Below are positions 63,721-64,000 of a stretch of DNA of 64,000 nt, in pieces. Below the pieces are notes generated by a model that had not been told where the DNA came from, made no database searches, and was given only the letters and a program-made list of their open reading frames with translations. Source of the stretch: Raillietiella orientalis. Lineage: Eukaryota. Made by a program: the position numbers and the translations under genes. Position 1 is the first letter of the stretch; every line of letters begins with the position of its first letter. The stretch is taken from contig JAYWIR010000019.1 of NCBI GenBank assembly GCA_036172245.1, forward strand, positions 3,162,001 to 3,226,000, read 5' to 3'.

Positions 63721-64000
63721 TTCCGCAGCCTCCATGTAACAGCCGATCTCATTCGCCCCACTCTTTCATCGCTACAAAGTTTTGAGCCGTCTCTTACTAG
63801 AGGTGAAGTGCATCCGAGGGCTCTGGATGTGGCAGCATCGGTGCCAAACCGATCGATCCATCTGAAGGGGATCAGAAAGATGAACCTGTTTCCTCTGCCC
63901 ATTTGCCCGGCAAGCGTCTGGAGGTTCCTTCGATCACGCTCCTACTGTTCTCGAGATTCTGAATTTATTGTTTTCCTCGACGAGCGTGGCTGCGATAAGC

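Noticed and set aside
1..64000. Prokaryotic-type systems (CRISPR arrays, operons, defence islands), rRNA or intact tRNA genes
   Set aside because: None seen. The sequence is spliceosomal-intron-rich eukaryotic DNA with no repeat-spacer array or complete cloverleaf.

Overview
Eukaryotic (invertebrate animal) genomic DNA. Most of the window is one 11-coding-exon gene on the minus strand (CDS 39719->689, 2355 nt, 784 aa as assembled by hand). It encodes an ESRP1/2 / Drosophila fusilli / C. elegans sym-2 type splicing regulator: an N-terminal DnaQ-like domain, three quasi-RRMs and an Ala/Pro-rich tail. All ten introns are GT-AG with compatible phases. Intron 3 (8280 nt) has a U12-type (minor spliceosome) donor, GTATCCTTT, and a U12-like branch site. 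A frame-shifting U2-type donor lies 44 nt further on, and intron 4 holds a candidate poison exon. Intron 6 carries a decayed, intron-containing duplicate of two tail-to-tail housekeeping genes (ISCA2 and the 3' end of PPP1R21). The rest, including 40-64 kb, is non-coding: microsatellites, inverted-repeat elements, tRNA-like SINE heads and very decayed LINE fragments. The many GC-rich ORFs in the track look spurious. All homology calls come from recognising motifs by eye, not from database searches.
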